From IMG/VR virus record IMGVR_UViG_3300021142_000034: 64,000 nt of DNA; one strand, given 5' to 3'. The translations under genes were made by a program, and so were the position numbers. This DNA is from an uncultured virus (IMG/VR IMGVR_UViG_3300021142_000034) (lineage: Duplodnaviria; Heunggongvirae; Uroviricota; Caudoviricetes). This document shows, one piece after another, positions 25,309 to 36,010 of this stretch. Each line of letters begins with the position of its first letter. Positions within the stretch are counted from its first letter, which is position 1. The notes beneath the pieces were generated by a model. That model saw only the letters and a program-made list of their open reading frames with translations, was not told where the DNA came from and did not search any database.

Positions 25309-25460
25309 AAGACGTACAAGTACGAATAACAGCCATGCAGTTTGTATTGGAGATATTCAAGCTCATGACCGAACAAGAACAGCTTGAGCTATGCCACACC
25401 GACTTCAAACTCATGATGGCTGGAGCAGAGCAGGTTTATGAATTCTTAAAGGGAAAATAA
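25305..25460 (+). CDS. 51-aa hypothetical protein
   Basis: GAGG SD, ATGA overlap; ends AEQVYEFLKGK. Confidence 0.6.
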   Translation: MKDVQVRITAMQFVLEIFKLMTEQEQLELCHTDFKLMMAGAEQVYEFLKGK

Positions 25461-25461
25461 C

Positions 25462-25650
25462 ATGTTCATATCAGCAAAAGAAAAGAGGGAAATACTCGAA
25501 AGAATAGAAGCACTTGAAAGCCGCTTCAAACACATCAGTGCTCTGGCATTGAAGAAGACGGTACACCCAGAAGAAGCCCCTTGGGGGTTTAGGAAGAATG
25601 GACAGCCAAGAACAAAACCTGGTCGTCCTACATTGAAAGCAAAACCATGA
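25462..25650 (+). CDS. Small basic protein
   Basis: APWGFRKNGQPRTKPGRP (AT-hook-like). Confidence 0.65.
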   Translation: MFISAKEKREILERIEALESRFKHISALALKKTVHPEEAPWGFRKNGQPRTKPGRPTLKAKP

Positions 25651-26324
25651 CCATTTACAGAAAACTTCAAGCAGCGCGATACGAGCTGGTTAACTCGGGT
25701 ATCAAAAAGAGTGGCTATAACGCCTTTGGCAAATGGAACTACTATGAACTAGGAGACTTTATTCCTACGGTTCATAAACTGTTTGATGCCATCGGTCTGT
25801 GCGGCGTTGTGACCTTCGGGGAAACAGCTACTTTGACCATCTACGACAACGACGACGGAGCGTCTATCCAATTCTCTACGCCGATTGTCTATGCAGAAAA
25901 CAACAAAGGACAACCCATTCAAGTACTGGGCAGTACCCACACTTATCTTCGCAGATACCTGTGGCTCTTAGCGATGGAGATCGTAGAAGCCGATGCGGTG
26001 GACTCTATGCCGCAAGAGGAAAAGCCAGTCAAGATTGAAAAGCCTAAATCCACCAAGCCTCCCAAAGCTATTGAAGGAGATGACGGACCGTGGAGCATTA
26101 AGATCAAAGTAGATGATGGAACTGTGGAGAACTGGGCAGAGCTTGCCTACGATGCATCTGTGCTTGCCCTGTCAAATGCAAGCAACGTTGCTGATGTAAT
26201 GTCAATCTTCAGAGTAAACAGAAATATCTTTGATCGCCTGCGTGCAGACGCAGAACCAAAATATGCACAGTTGATGAACGTTTTTAAAGAGTACAAGGAG
26301 AAATTCAATGGTTCAGTATCCTAA
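25647..26324 (+). CDS. ERF-family single-strand annealing protein
   Basis: IYRKLQ, KKSGYNAF..YYELGD, IQVLGSTHTYLRRY. Confidence 0.85.
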   Translation: MTIYRKLQAARYELVNSGIKKSGYNAFGKWNYYELGDFIPTVHKLFDAIGLCGVVTFGETATLTIYDNDDGASIQFSTPIVYAENNKGQPIQVLGSTHTYLRRYLWLLAMEIVEADAVDSMPQEEKPVKIEKPKSTKPPKAIEGDDGPWSIKIKVDDGTVENWAELAYDASVLALSNASNVADVMSIFRVNRNIFDRLRADAEPKYAQLMNVFKEYKEKFNGSVS

Positions 26325-26643
26325 TAGTGGTCGCTTAGCGGCTAACAAATACAAAGACAATCCTAAAAAGCCAGACATGACAGGCTCTATCAAGATGACG
26401 CGAGATGCCATGCGCCAGCTGATGATGGAGCAAACCGGGGAAGAGGTGGAGATCAAACTCTCAGCCTGGAACATGGAAGGTCAGTACGGCCAATGGCTAC
26501 GCTTAGCTTGGAATAACTACAAGCCCCAGCCACGCCAGAACTATGGTCAGCAGGGTTATCAAAATCCCCAGCAAGGCTATCAAAAGCCTCAGCAGGGCTA
26601 CCAGAAGCAATTCCCTGAAGACGGATCTGATCTGCCTTTTTGA
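26308..26643 (+). CDS. Putative ssDNA-binding protein
   Basis: NSGRL..KPDMTG..LSAW; Q-rich linker; acidic DLPF C-terminus. Confidence 0.7.
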   Translation: MVQYPNSGRLAANKYKDNPKKPDMTGSIKMTRDAMRQLMMEQTGEEVEIKLSAWNMEGQYGQWLRLAWNNYKPQPRQNYGQQGYQNPQQGYQKPQQGYQKQFPEDGSDLPF

Positions 26644-26645
26644 TC

Positions 26646-27068
26646 ATGGAAACGCTTAATTTTGAAGCGGTTAAGGTGGCATTGAAGCAGGATAAAACCG
26701 GCTACATGCTCACCTTGTCTGTCCATCCAGATGAGATACCTTCCGACTTGATGAGAGATTTTGTTGGCTCACGCTATCAGGTGGTTATGGTTCGCTTAAA
26801 CGGAGAGGAAAAGCCGATGAATCGGGATCACGAACATTCAAACGACAACGTTCGTGCAGCTGCTTTGTTGTGCCGCAACCCCAAGTTCTGGCACTTCTTG
26901 TGCGAGACAGGGCAGATATTTGAGGCAAACGAAACCTTGGCCACAGAGTGGCTGAGGCAGGAGCTGGACATATCGTCCAGAGCAGAGCTCAAAGAAAACC
27001 AAGAAGCCGTTCGGCGGCTTAAATTTATTATGAAGGAGTTATACGAATGGATGCAGGTAAACGGTTAA
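26646..27068 (+). CDS. Conserved hypothetical protein
   Basis: FEAVKVALKQDKTG..LMRDFVGSRY..ISSRAELK. Confidence 0.75.
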   Translation: METLNFEAVKVALKQDKTGYMLTLSVHPDEIPSDLMRDFVGSRYQVVMVRLNGEEKPMNRDHEHSNDNVRAAALLCRNPKFWHFLCETGQIFEANETLATEWLRQELDISSRAELKENQEAVRRLKFIMKELYEWMQVNG

Positions 27069-27328
27069 TCCCTTACAGCGTTCACCTCACACCAGAGATT
27101 TATGAAAAGCTCAAAGAGATGGCTCAGCAGCGCAAGGCATCCAGCCTTGTGCGTGACGCCATTACAATGATCATCAATGGTAAGGGCGAATTCAACAGCG
27201 GCTACAACAAAGCAATCAAGGACGCCATGAGGCTGGTCAAGGGTGAGGAGCACCTGAACACCATCGGCATTCACGGCATCTCTATTGCTGAGTTGATAGT
27301 TGAAAAACTTGAAATGATGCAGAAATGA
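27047..27328 (+). CDS. Ribbon-helix-helix-like regulator
   Basis: PYSVHL..IYEKLKEMA..ASSLVRDAI. Confidence 0.6.
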   Translation: MDAGKRLIPYSVHLTPEIYEKLKEMAQQRKASSLVRDAITMIINGKGEFNSGYNKAIKDAMRLVKGEEHLNTIGIHGISIAELIVEKLEMMQK

Positions 27329-27543
27329 AAATACAGGGTGTGTTGGTTTATCAGAATAGATTATTCCGATGCACCCTGTGTGGCATCAAATTTGAAATAC
27401 TTCACGAAGCCGAGGAGCACAACTGTGCAAAGCAAGAACAAAAAAGCCCCGACCAAAGCGGAAAAAAGGCACATCGAAAGAATAAAGTCAATGCCATGCG
27501 TTATATGCGGGACATCCTCACCAAGCGAGTGTCACGAGATTAA
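27325..27543 (+). CDS. Small Zn-finger-like protein overlapping the next gene
   Basis: ATGA coupling; FRCTLCGIKF...AEEHNC. Confidence 0.45.
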   Translation: MKIQGVLVYQNRLFRCTLCGIKFEILHEAEEHNCAKQEQKSPDQSGKKAHRKNKVNAMRYMRDILTKRVSRD

Positions 27544-27715
27544 GCAGGGTCAGTGGTTTACTTCTATGCCCCTATGCGCAGACTGCCACAGAGGCTCCCA
27601 TAATGGAATTCACGGGCGCAAACACATCTGGAACATCAAGAAACTTGACGAACTAGATGCGCTTGCCCTGACTATAGAAAGTCTCCTATCTGAGCCTTCT
27701 GGCGTAGGTTTTTAA
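27425..27715 (+). CDS. Ref/DUF968-like HNH-fold nuclease
   Basis: GAGGAG SD before GTG 27425; PCVICG..ECHE..MPLCADCH..GIHG. Confidence 0.7.
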   Translation: MQSKNKKAPTKAEKRHIERIKSMPCVICGTSSPSECHEIKQGQWFTSMPLCADCHRGSHNGIHGRKHIWNIKKLDELDALALTIESLLSEPSGVGF

Positions 27716-30700
27716 GGTTCAGGCTTTTAATGATCAAATCTTCCTGAGCTTGCAAAGCCTTTTTCCTTCTATCCTTCTCATCCGCTGACATCTTGCTGTC
27801 TGGCATATTCGTGATCAATGCAATGTTCTGACGAATCTTTGTCAGGTTCTTGCCCACTTTATCAATCTGCTTGTACATACCCAGACGAGCTTTGTTCTCT
27901 TCTTTGTTAGCGTACTCAGCGGCTTGATGTGGGCTTCTTTGTTTGATGTCGTTCAGCGTAGCGGCAGTCTTGTCAACTTCTTCCTTGAGCATGTAGAAGT
28001 CTTTCTTGAGGCCGTTCTGATTCTCTTTGGTGATAAACCCGCTAGCACCAGGGATAGATGCAGCCACGTCATTCCATGACATTGTGGGGCGCTCAACCGT
28101 AGGATCGCTGTGCATCACCTGGTTTGTCAATAGAAGGGTTACACCGCCCACTGAGCCAAACATACCGCGCATTAAGTGATCTGCATTGATAGGAGCAATG
28201 AGTCCAGTCTTGCCAAGAATCTTTCCAAGCTCAGAAGTGGATTCGTTGAATTGGCGTTCAGTCTCTTTGTTTGCCAGGCCAGTACCTATCAGCGGCTTTT
28301 GCTGGAAGAAGTCGTAGTTCAGGTAGACCTCAACAAACGGCTTGATCGCCTGCGGCACAGCAGTAGGAGCCATGATGGAGGAGGACAAAGCAGACAGCAA
28401 AGACTGGCGGAACTTACGTCCATCTTCTGTAGCGTTATCCGTCATCAGCAAATACATGTGCTCAGTAATGACCTTGGGTATGGTGAACAGGTCATTACGC
28501 AATGGAATGCTCAAGCCACCAGAGCCGGGGATCATCAGCAAGCGGTCACGCACTGTCGTAGGCTTTTTCAGGTAGTCATCATCGTCACCATTCATCATGG
28601 CGTAGATCAATGAGAGAGCCATCACAGAGCCGGTCGTAGCAATTAGCGTTTCAAGAGCAGCCTTGCGCTCACCGGGGGATATGCCAATACCAGTGATTGT
28701 TTTGTAGGCTACGTTCTGGGCTGCAAGGTACGCATTGAAGAATGGAATAACCTGACCAGCCAGCATCAAAGCTTTGGAGCTACCACGACGGCGGAAGTTG
28801 ATAACCTCAAAAGCCTTCTCAAGCGCAAGCGACTTGGCAATATCTTTAGTCTCTGGATTCTTTTCATACTGAGACATCGTTGCCTCGTACACCGCCTGAC
28901 GCACAGCGTTGTCTGAAGCCATAGAGATGTGCTCAAGCATAGACTTGACTTTATTCCATCCGCCAGGAGGAGACTTCAAGCCAGAGTAGATCATCGCATC
29001 CATGCGAGATGCATGAGATGAGAAATCCTTCACGCCTGTTGCGCCGTAGCGTTTGAGCTCTTCGTGCGTTGTGCTTGCGTGACGCAACGTTTTCACAAAC
29101 TCTTTAACGGCTAAGACTGGAATTCTCAAAGCATACTGAGGCTTTAAGCCAGAAGAGAAAATGGCTGCGAACGCATCTTGAGGCAGTTGACTGACGGCAA
29201 ACAATGGGTTCATCACCACAGTCTTGCGCAGCATGTTGCTGAATTTGGTGAAGAACTTAACCGTAGGTATGGAGATAGCAGCCAGACCTTCAAAGGCATC
29301 CACAAAGAGCGGATCCTTCATGTTGTAGAACTCTTCCTTGCCGTTGCGCCAGATGCGCACGTTATTGGCATCACGGCTTGGGCGAGGGATTCTCTCGGCT
29401 ACACCAACTTCTTCAGCAGCCTTGACAAGCTGAACAGCAGAAGTGTTTCGCACTGAACGGTTAACGGCGTATTGAGTCCAGCGCATCATGTTGTCAAACA
29501 CGTCATGCACTGGCTTTTGAGAACCACGGAAACCGGGCTCTCTTGCCTTGACCATCAAGCCGGTTAAGAACTCTTTAGGACCTTGACCATTTTCAATCTG
29601 ATCATCACGAAAGAAAGGAACGTAGTCCGCATTGGACATCATGAAGTCAGCTTCTTCATCGCTCCAAAGTCCAGAGTCAACCAATATCTTTTTGGTGTTC
29701 TCACGAATACCATTCCATGTCTCAACGACATCATTGAGCTCAGGGATGGTTTTAAACAAACTAAGACCATTAGCCACTTGCTCATCCGTCAGGTGAATGA
29801 TCTTTGGCTTTTGCTTAGACAAGTGTTCCAAGCTCTTGATCTGAGCCTGCATCGTTGCCTTGGAAGCTTTAGTGGCTGGATCTTTACCTTTTAATGCATT
29901 AATCTTTGCCTGCAGGTCTTCAATCTTTGCTGGAGCTTCAGCAATGCTGTTGTTGTAACGCATGAGCGATGCGGTGCGCTTGGCTTCAAAAGCGTAGTGC
30001 GCTACCAACTCAACTTCTTGCTTGGTCATGTTGTGCTCTTGCGCAATCATGTCTAGCTGGCGAGAAAGAGTTAAGAAGTTAAACTTAGATTTAATGCCTT
30101 CCCACTTGTGCATCAACGGGTCATATACAAGATTACCCATCGTCATAAACAAATTGCCCAGCGCATCGGCATGAACAGTCTGGCTCAAACTAATGTTGAG
30201 CATGTCACGCACCTTGTCAGAGATGTCTCTTGTAGAAGCCATCACTGCTTCTCTAATCTTTGCGTTCAAAGCAAAGTCACTGGAGAAGCTCTTAGTGCCA
30301 ACGATATTAACAAACTTGTTCCAAGCCTCACGAGATTTGCCAGTTGGGTTGTCTGTTGCGTTATCCCAGTAGCCTTTGACCTTTTCTTTGAAGCCTGGTG
30401 GTGGAGGGGTAACTTCCCTGCCCATTTCCCCAAGCATATTCAAGGCATCACGTCCAGCGCCAGTGGCTTGACTTGGCGGCAGCTCGGAGGCTTCTATTGA
30501 AGGACTTACAGCCGCTGCTTTTGGCTTTCCTGGTGGCGCTTGCGGAGTGGTTGGCTGACCCAGCCTATAACCCTTTTTCTCCAGCTCTCGTGCGGTTTCA
30601 AGAGCCGGATTCTCAAACATAGCGGTTGATATTTTGATCAATCGGTCAAGCGCAGATTCGTATTCGGGAGAGAGGTTCAAAACTTTGCGAACAAACTCCA

Positions 30701-33700
30701 CCAACTTTTGCATAACAGTCTCGTCGCCAACTTTGACGGTGGACAAGAAGCGTTGCGTAGCCGGATTGGTCAATCCTTGAGTGATGAACTCAGCGTAGTA
30801 GTCTCCAACATCTGATTGTTTAAATGCGTACTGAATATCAAATTTTTCATCAGAGTTGTACTTGTTAAGTTCCTTCTCTTTATTCCATTGCTTTTCAGCA
30901 GCCTCACGAAGTTCATTCAGAGCTTTTACGCGAGGATCTGAATTGCCAAGAAAACGAATCTCTGCCAACGAAATAACATGGACGAATTCATGCGCAAGAA
31001 TCTCAAACGTAGAACCTTTTAACCTGTTAATTTCTAAATTAAAGTAAATTTTTCCATTGGGATCAGTATAAAATAGAACATGACCGCCGGTCTTTGTTAC
31101 TCCTTTTCTGCTGATCACGTACTTCATGCCAAAAGTCATTGGCACGCCACGCTTGTCGTACTCTTTGATCTTTTTAAGGATGTGCTCTGCTATGCCCTTT
31201 GAATAAGAGTCGTGAGCAATCTTTACCAACTCTTCTGCAGCCTGAACAACATTCAAGCCTTGGAATCTTTTATTAACCTGCTCTCTGGTTAGTTCTGGCT
31301 TCTGAAAGAACTTCTCTTTCTTTGGAGCTTCCTTTTTTGGCGGCTCGGTTACCGGTGGCTTTTCCGGAGGAGTAAACAAGTCCTCTGGTTTTTCTTCTTC
31401 CAAAGACTTGAACACATCCTCAAGAGGACGCTTTTGAACCTCGCCAAACATGTCCACATCAGAGCGGTTGTGCTCAGCCAGTGCAGCCGTTGCCAAGCGG
31501 TCCAGACCCTCTGCGATCTTCTTGCCAGAGCGACCGGCATCAGCAACCATCTTGATGATCTGCTGAGTATGCGGATCCATTCCGATGTCAGCTTGTGCAG
31601 CCATCTCTTGCAGGCTAATACCCCTGCGCTTAGCATTGACCACGGCCTCTGCAGCTTGGGTCACATACTTGCGAATGTCGTACTCGCCAGCACCGTCAAG
31701 CTGCGCCATCTTGGGAGCAACCCGTGCCAAGGCGTTAAGCATCAGCTTAGCGTCTGGGTCCATCGTTGCACCGTACAAATCAATCAATGGCTCATGACCG
31801 TATGCGTGCCAGAACACGGCATTCATCAAGCGGTCTTGCGCCCTTGGCGTTGGCTCTCCGTTTGTGTTCTTTAAGTCAGGGTGCTCAGACACCGGCATTG
31901 CATTGATGAAGTCACTCAAAGACTTCGCCGTGGGCGTGCCGTCTTCATTGAACTTCAGTGCATTTACATCTACACGCTTGGCGTCTTGCTTGGCTGCATC
32001 AATAGCAGACAGACCAGATATTCCTGAAACGTTTGAGATGTCAGCAATGTTAGGCGTGACAAAAGACTTGGGCATCACCCGAACCAGCATAGGCTCAGCC
32101 ATACCTTCAATGGCAGACTTGTCTATACCGTGAGCATTGTCAGCCAGCAATTCTTGCTTGTACTTCTGGGCTGTGTCCCGGTTGTAAGCTTCTTGTATCC
32201 CTGCTACACGACCGTTACCTGCGATGGGGCGAATAGCCTGAACGGACATATCCCCATAGGTAGTGTTCTTACTGCCGTCATGAGAGTTAGATGGCAATAC
32301 GGAGCTTGCTTCAACCACAGCGTAGCGCACGGGAATCTGAGTACCATCAGAAGCCGTGGTCATCTCGTAGGAGCCCAAGTGTGTTTCTGGCAGCTTGGTG
32401 TCCGTCATCACCACTGGAGCGCCACTACCAAAGCTTCTGGACACGCTGAGTTCGTTATAGCGTGGATCAGCTGCTATGCCCTGCATCTGAGCAATGGCTG
32501 CAGGCGTAGAGCGATCACGGTTTTGCAGAACCGTATTCGACTCTTCAGGTAACCCTTCGTGATAGTTCTCAAAATGCTGAGACAAGTCCTGCTGAGGCAC
32601 AGTAGCAGGAGGATTAACAGGAGGAGTGGGCGGTGTTACTGGCGGTGTAACAGGCGGAGTAGTCGGTGGAGTAACCGGCGGGGTCACTGGAGGATTTACG
32701 GGGGGCGTAATAGGAGGAGGAGTTGTGGGTGTTGTCGCAGCTTGAGGGCGCTGCAATGCACCAATGCCACCAGCCGTACCGATAGTTCCAAGCGCAGCCT
32801 GAGCGGCAGTTCTACCTAATCCCTCTGTAAGCTTAGCGTTAGGATCTACCCGTTGTTGAGCTATGTTCTGTGCAAGCTGACCGCCAGTTTCTTCAATCAA
32901 TTCACTTGGCAGTTCACCAGCGACAAGACCTGCGGCATTAGCCACACGGCTACCAGCTTTCCCTGCTTTACCGGCAAGAGCCTCAGCAAACCTATGTCCG
33001 CCTGGTAGATTCTGTGCGCCCAAAGATATGGCAGCACCAGCGGCTCCAGCCGTGCGAGCATACTTCAATGCGCGATCACGAGCTTCGGGCTCAGGTACGT
33101 CATCGGCAATCATCTTGTCGTAGGTTGCCTTGTAAGCCTCAGAGCCTACGTCCGTTCCTTGCTGTAGGGCTCCAGTGCCGATAGCGGCGCGAGAGCCAAC
33201 CTTAACGGCAGCTTTCTCGGCGGCCTCAGCGGCGGCTTTCTCTGCGGCAGTGCCAGCAGCTTTCTTTGCAGCAGCTCTTAAAGCAGTAACTTCCGCAGAT
33301 GCAGCAGGCGTTCCAATGGCCGCAAGAAGTGCAGGCAGTTGTTCGGGAAGTTGTTGGGCTACAAAGTTAAGACCAAGACCCAAAGGATCTTTTGCCGTTT
33401 CTTTAAACTCAGTTAAGAACGCACTGAGCTGACCGTTCTTTTCAGCTTCTTTGACTTTCTCTTCTTTGGCTTGCTCTCTGGCTTTTAAGCCGGGAGACTT
33501 CATCTCTTCGCCGTATTGCTGCAGCTTGTTGGCTGCGTGCATGACACCCGTATCCGAGAAATCGCCAGTGGCTAATCCGTACATTTGAGGAGCGAACTTT
33601 GCCGCACCTCCAAGCCCGGAGATAACGCCAGCGGCTACGTCCTTAACAGCCTCACCGTAAGTACGGCTTGTATCTGGAGCCTTTGGAGCGCCAGCCTCAA

Positions 33701-33749
33701 ACGGATCAAAGACCTTCGGCGTTTGATCAAACGGATCGAATACAGCCAT
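27672..33749 (-). CDS. Large polyvalent (probably injected) protein: DdrB-like ParB domain, HExxH zincin-like domain, LPD38-like C-terminus
   Basis: LQNRDRS..IAGNGRV; AHEFVH..AEFITQG; NFRRRG..IPFFNAY..PQAIKP..NYDFF. Confidence 0.75.
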   Translation of the reverse strand: MAVFDPFDQTPKVFDPFEAGAPKAPDTSRTYGEAVKDVAAGVISGLGGAAKFAPQMYGLATGDFSDTGVMHAANKLQQYGEEMKSPGLKAREQAKEEKVKEAEKNGQLSAFLTEFKETAKDPLGLGLNFVAQQLPEQLPALLAAIGTPAASAEVTALRAAAKKAAGTAAEKAAAEAAEKAAVKVGSRAAIGTGALQQGTDVGSEAYKATYDKMIADDVPEPEARDRALKYARTAGAAGAAISLGAQNLPGGHRFAEALAGKAGKAGSRVANAAGLVAGELPSELIEETGGQLAQNIAQQRVDPNAKLTEGLGRTAAQAALGTIGTAGGIGALQRPQAATTPTTPPPITPPVNPPVTPPVTPPTTPPVTPPVTPPTPPVNPPATVPQQDLSQHFENYHEGLPEESNTVLQNRDRSTPAAIAQMQGIAADPRYNELSVSRSFGSGAPVVMTDTKLPETHLGSYEMTTASDGTQIPVRYAVVEASSVLPSNSHDGSKNTTYGDMSVQAIRPIAGNGRVAGIQEAYNRDTAQKYKQELLADNAHGIDKSAIEGMAEPMLVRVMPKSFVTPNIADISNVSGISGLSAIDAAKQDAKRVDVNALKFNEDGTPTAKSLSDFINAMPVSEHPDLKNTNGEPTPRAQDRLMNAVFWHAYGHEPLIDLYGATMDPDAKLMLNALARVAPKMAQLDGAGEYDIRKYVTQAAEAVVNAKRRGISLQEMAAQADIGMDPHTQQIIKMVADAGRSGKKIAEGLDRLATAALAEHNRSDVDMFGEVQKRPLEDVFKSLEEEKPEDLFTPPEKPPVTEPPKKEAPKKEKFFQKPELTREQVNKRFQGLNVVQAAEELVKIAHDSYSKGIAEHILKKIKEYDKRGVPMTFGMKYVISRKGVTKTGGHVLFYTDPNGKIYFNLEINRLKGSTFEILAHEFVHVISLAEIRFLGNSDPRVKALNELREAAEKQWNKEKELNKYNSDEKFDIQYAFKQSDVGDYYAEFITQGLTNPATQRFLSTVKVGDETVMQKLVEFVRKVLNLSPEYESALDRLIKISTAMFENPALETARELEKKGYRLGQPTTPQAPPGKPKAAAVSPSIEASELPPSQATGAGRDALNMLGEMGREVTPPPPGFKEKVKGYWDNATDNPTGKSREAWNKFVNIVGTKSFSSDFALNAKIREAVMASTRDISDKVRDMLNISLSQTVHADALGNLFMTMGNLVYDPLMHKWEGIKSKFNFLTLSRQLDMIAQEHNMTKQEVELVAHYAFEAKRTASLMRYNNSIAEAPAKIEDLQAKINALKGKDPATKASKATMQAQIKSLEHLSKQKPKIIHLTDEQVANGLSLFKTIPELNDVVETWNGIRENTKKILVDSGLWSDEEADFMMSNADYVPFFRDDQIENGQGPKEFLTGLMVKAREPGFRGSQKPVHDVFDNMMRWTQYAVNRSVRNTSAVQLVKAAEEVGVAERIPRPSRDANNVRIWRNGKEEFYNMKDPLFVDAFEGLAAISIPTVKFFTKFSNMLRKTVVMNPLFAVSQLPQDAFAAIFSSGLKPQYALRIPVLAVKEFVKTLRHASTTHEELKRYGATGVKDFSSHASRMDAMIYSGLKSPPGGWNKVKSMLEHISMASDNAVRQAVYEATMSQYEKNPETKDIAKSLALEKAFEVINFRRRGSSKALMLAGQVIPFFNAYLAAQNVAYKTITGIGISPGERKAALETLIATTGSVMALSLIYAMMNGDDDDYLKKPTTVRDRLLMIPGSGGLSIPLRNDLFTIPKVITEHMYLLMTDNATEDGRKFRQSLLSALSSSIMAPTAVPQAIKPFVEVYLNYDFFQQKPLIGTGLANKETERQFNESTSELGKILGKTGLIAPINADHLMRGMFGSVGGVTLLLTNQVMHSDPTVERPTMSWNDVAASIPGASGFITKENQNGLKKDFYMLKEEVDKTAATLNDIKQRSPHQAAEYANKEENKARLGMYKQIDKVGKNLTKIRQNIALITNMPDSKMSADEKDRRKKALQAQEDLIIKSLNLKNLRQKAQIGDFL

Positions 33750-33751
33750 TA

Positions 33752-36001
33752 TTATTTCCCGTATTTACTGTTGTAATAATCGGTCAATTCTTTATCAGTC
33801 ACGCCTTTATTCTGTGGCGATGCCTTGGCTTTTGCAAGGAATTCTTGCAGCGACGGAGGGGCAATATTTGAGGTCTTTGCAGATTTGTCTATCTCATCGA
33901 TTCCCTCGTAGATATTTTTGCCCTGATTGAAGTTCTCCATCATTTTCTTGGCTTTTCTTGCTTCCTTCTTAGCGTCTTCATAAGCCGCAGATTGCTGAGC
34001 TTTTAAAGCGTCATCAAAACCAGCATTTGCCAAATCAAAAGATTTTCGAGCAGACTCTTGCTCTCGTAAAGAAGCTTGCAAAATAGAAGCAAGACTTTGA
34101 TAGTCAAGCTTGCCTGTTTGGCCAGACTTAATTTGCTGAGCCTTGGCATAGGTTTCTTGCTCTTCAGGCTTAAGCTTTGCAATTTCAGCAGCAGACAAAT
34201 CCATCTTTGCCAAGCGAGCAGCTTCTGCTCCTTCCAGCGCTTTGTGGTGGCGAGCATCCTCAATCATCTTTCTCTCTTCTTGAGCACGCTGCTCAGCCGC
34301 ACGCTTATTAGCCTGAGCCTCACCATAAACTTTATGAAGATCGGCATCACGTCGTGCTTGGCTTTCGCCGTAGGTCTTGCCAACGTTTTCCCCGCGCTTG
34401 AGCTTCTCTTCTCGGTTACGCTGGTCAATTTTGTCCAAGATTTCCAGCTGGTCCAGCATGTGCTTTTCTTTCTCAGCCTGATGTCTGCTCTGCAATCCAG
34501 TGTAAGTCTCAGCAGCGCCACCGGCACCGCCAACACCCCAGCCATGAAGAACAGAAATAAGATCGTTCATCTTATTTGCTTCTTCGTTTCTCATGTGCAT
34601 CTGCTGAATTTCTTCCAGCTTCTTGAGTGCGACCTGACCCGCAGGAGAGTCAACACCGTAATGCTTGGCAATGGCATCAGCCACTTCGAACTCATCCTTT
34701 AAAGACGGTTCTTTGCGCAGCTTGGCAGCCATCTGTTCATTTGCCGTATCGTCCAAAGTGCTTAGCTTTGGAGCGGGTTCAACCGGGGCAACAGGATTGA
34801 CTGGTCTAGGTTTATTTACAATCTGAGCAATTCCATTTGCAGCAGCGTTAGAGCCTGGCGGAGCAGCTGGAGGCGCGCCCTTCGTGGCGCCTTGAGCTAT
34901 ACCACCGGCTGCAGGAGGAGCGGGTGGAGCAGCGGGCGGGGCAGGTGGAGCAGCGGGCGGGGCAGGTGGAGCAGGAGGCGCAGCTGGTGCAGCAGGGGGA
35001 GCTGCTGGAGCAGGCGCACTTTCTGTATCAAGCATCATTGATTGGGGTGTCTTGGGCTGTAGAGCACGACTAATGCCAGACCCAATTGAGCTCAGTCCTT
35101 GGGAGATACTTTGACCAAGACTTGACAGAGGTGTTTGGGGGCCTCTTTGCATTAAGCCAGCTTCGTTGTCTGGAGAAATTGAACTTAACGCCTGTTGTTC
35201 CGCCGCTTGCTGTTCAGCGGCACGTTGCTTAGCAGCTTCTTGTGCCCCGGCTACATACATGGCAGTCTGGTTGGCTAAAGGCACCTGACTTCCATTGGTC
35301 GCTCCATCAAACGCAAGAATACCGCCGTGGGCAAACTTGTACATGTGATGGGGGACGTGATGCATCAGGCCGCCATGCGCAGCGGCAATGGGTTGCTGAT
35401 TCGTATAGCCCTGAAGCTGAGACAAGGACACGTCATTAGAAATAGGTACAGCCTCAGTAGCCGGACGCATCTGTGGACGGGTACCCACTTGGAAGGCGGC
35501 AAAGTTCTGCATAGGCATAGCCTGACCAGCTTGTGGAGCAGGCACTTCTATAGGCTTAGCCGCTTGAGGAGGAGGCTGGATAGAAGACTTGTTGATAGCC
35601 TGCATCAAAGCGGCAAACTGCTGGGCAGCGTTTTGCTCAGAAGTGTGACCACCGCTTGCAAACTTTGCAATGCCGCCAGACTTCATGGAATTACCAGCCG
35701 ACTGAGTAGCCGGTACAGGCTGTGGTGGCTGAGCTTGAGGCAGGGCAGCGGCAATACCTTGGGGCTGAGGAGAAGCTTGACCAGGCTTGACAACCGATTG
35801 CTCAATCTCTTGCTTAACGCTAGGAGGATTGGGATTGGCGTTGGCATTCTGATAATGCTGCTCCATTTGCTTGCGACGGTTCAACTCTGCTAAAGCGGCA
35901 TAAGGAGGAACCTCGGGATTAGACCCGTTGGCATAAGCCATGATTGCCTGATTTGGAAGATTCTTTAAATCATCCAAAATTTTGACGAGATTCATTGACA
36001 T
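33752..36001 (-). CDS. Putative internal virion/ejection protein
   Basis: 749 aa, Ala/Pro/Gln-rich, coiled-coil C-terminus, several xxGG motifs. Confidence 0.65.
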   Translation of the reverse strand: MSMNLVKILDDLKNLPNQAIMAYANGSNPEVPPYAALAELNRRKQMEQHYQNANANPNPPSVKQEIEQSVVKPGQASPQPQGIAAALPQAQPPQPVPATQSAGNSMKSGGIAKFASGGHTSEQNAAQQFAALMQAINKSSIQPPPQAAKPIEVPAPQAGQAMPMQNFAAFQVGTRPQMRPATEAVPISNDVSLSQLQGYTNQQPIAAAHGGLMHHVPHHMYKFAHGGILAFDGATNGSQVPLANQTAMYVAGAQEAAKQRAAEQQAAEQQALSSISPDNEAGLMQRGPQTPLSSLGQSISQGLSSIGSGISRALQPKTPQSMMLDTESAPAPAAPPAAPAAPPAPPAPPAAPPAPPAAPPAPPAAGGIAQGATKGAPPAAPPGSNAAANGIAQIVNKPRPVNPVAPVEPAPKLSTLDDTANEQMAAKLRKEPSLKDEFEVADAIAKHYGVDSPAGQVALKKLEEIQQMHMRNEEANKMNDLISVLHGWGVGGAGGAAETYTGLQSRHQAEKEKHMLDQLEILDKIDQRNREEKLKRGENVGKTYGESQARRDADLHKVYGEAQANKRAAEQRAQEERKMIEDARHHKALEGAEAARLAKMDLSAAEIAKLKPEEQETYAKAQQIKSGQTGKLDYQSLASILQASLREQESARKSFDLANAGFDDALKAQQSAAYEDAKKEARKAKKMMENFNQGKNIYEGIDEIDKSAKTSNIAPPSLQEFLAKAKASPQNKGVTDKELTDYYNSKYGK

Positions 36002-36010
36002 ATTTAGTCC

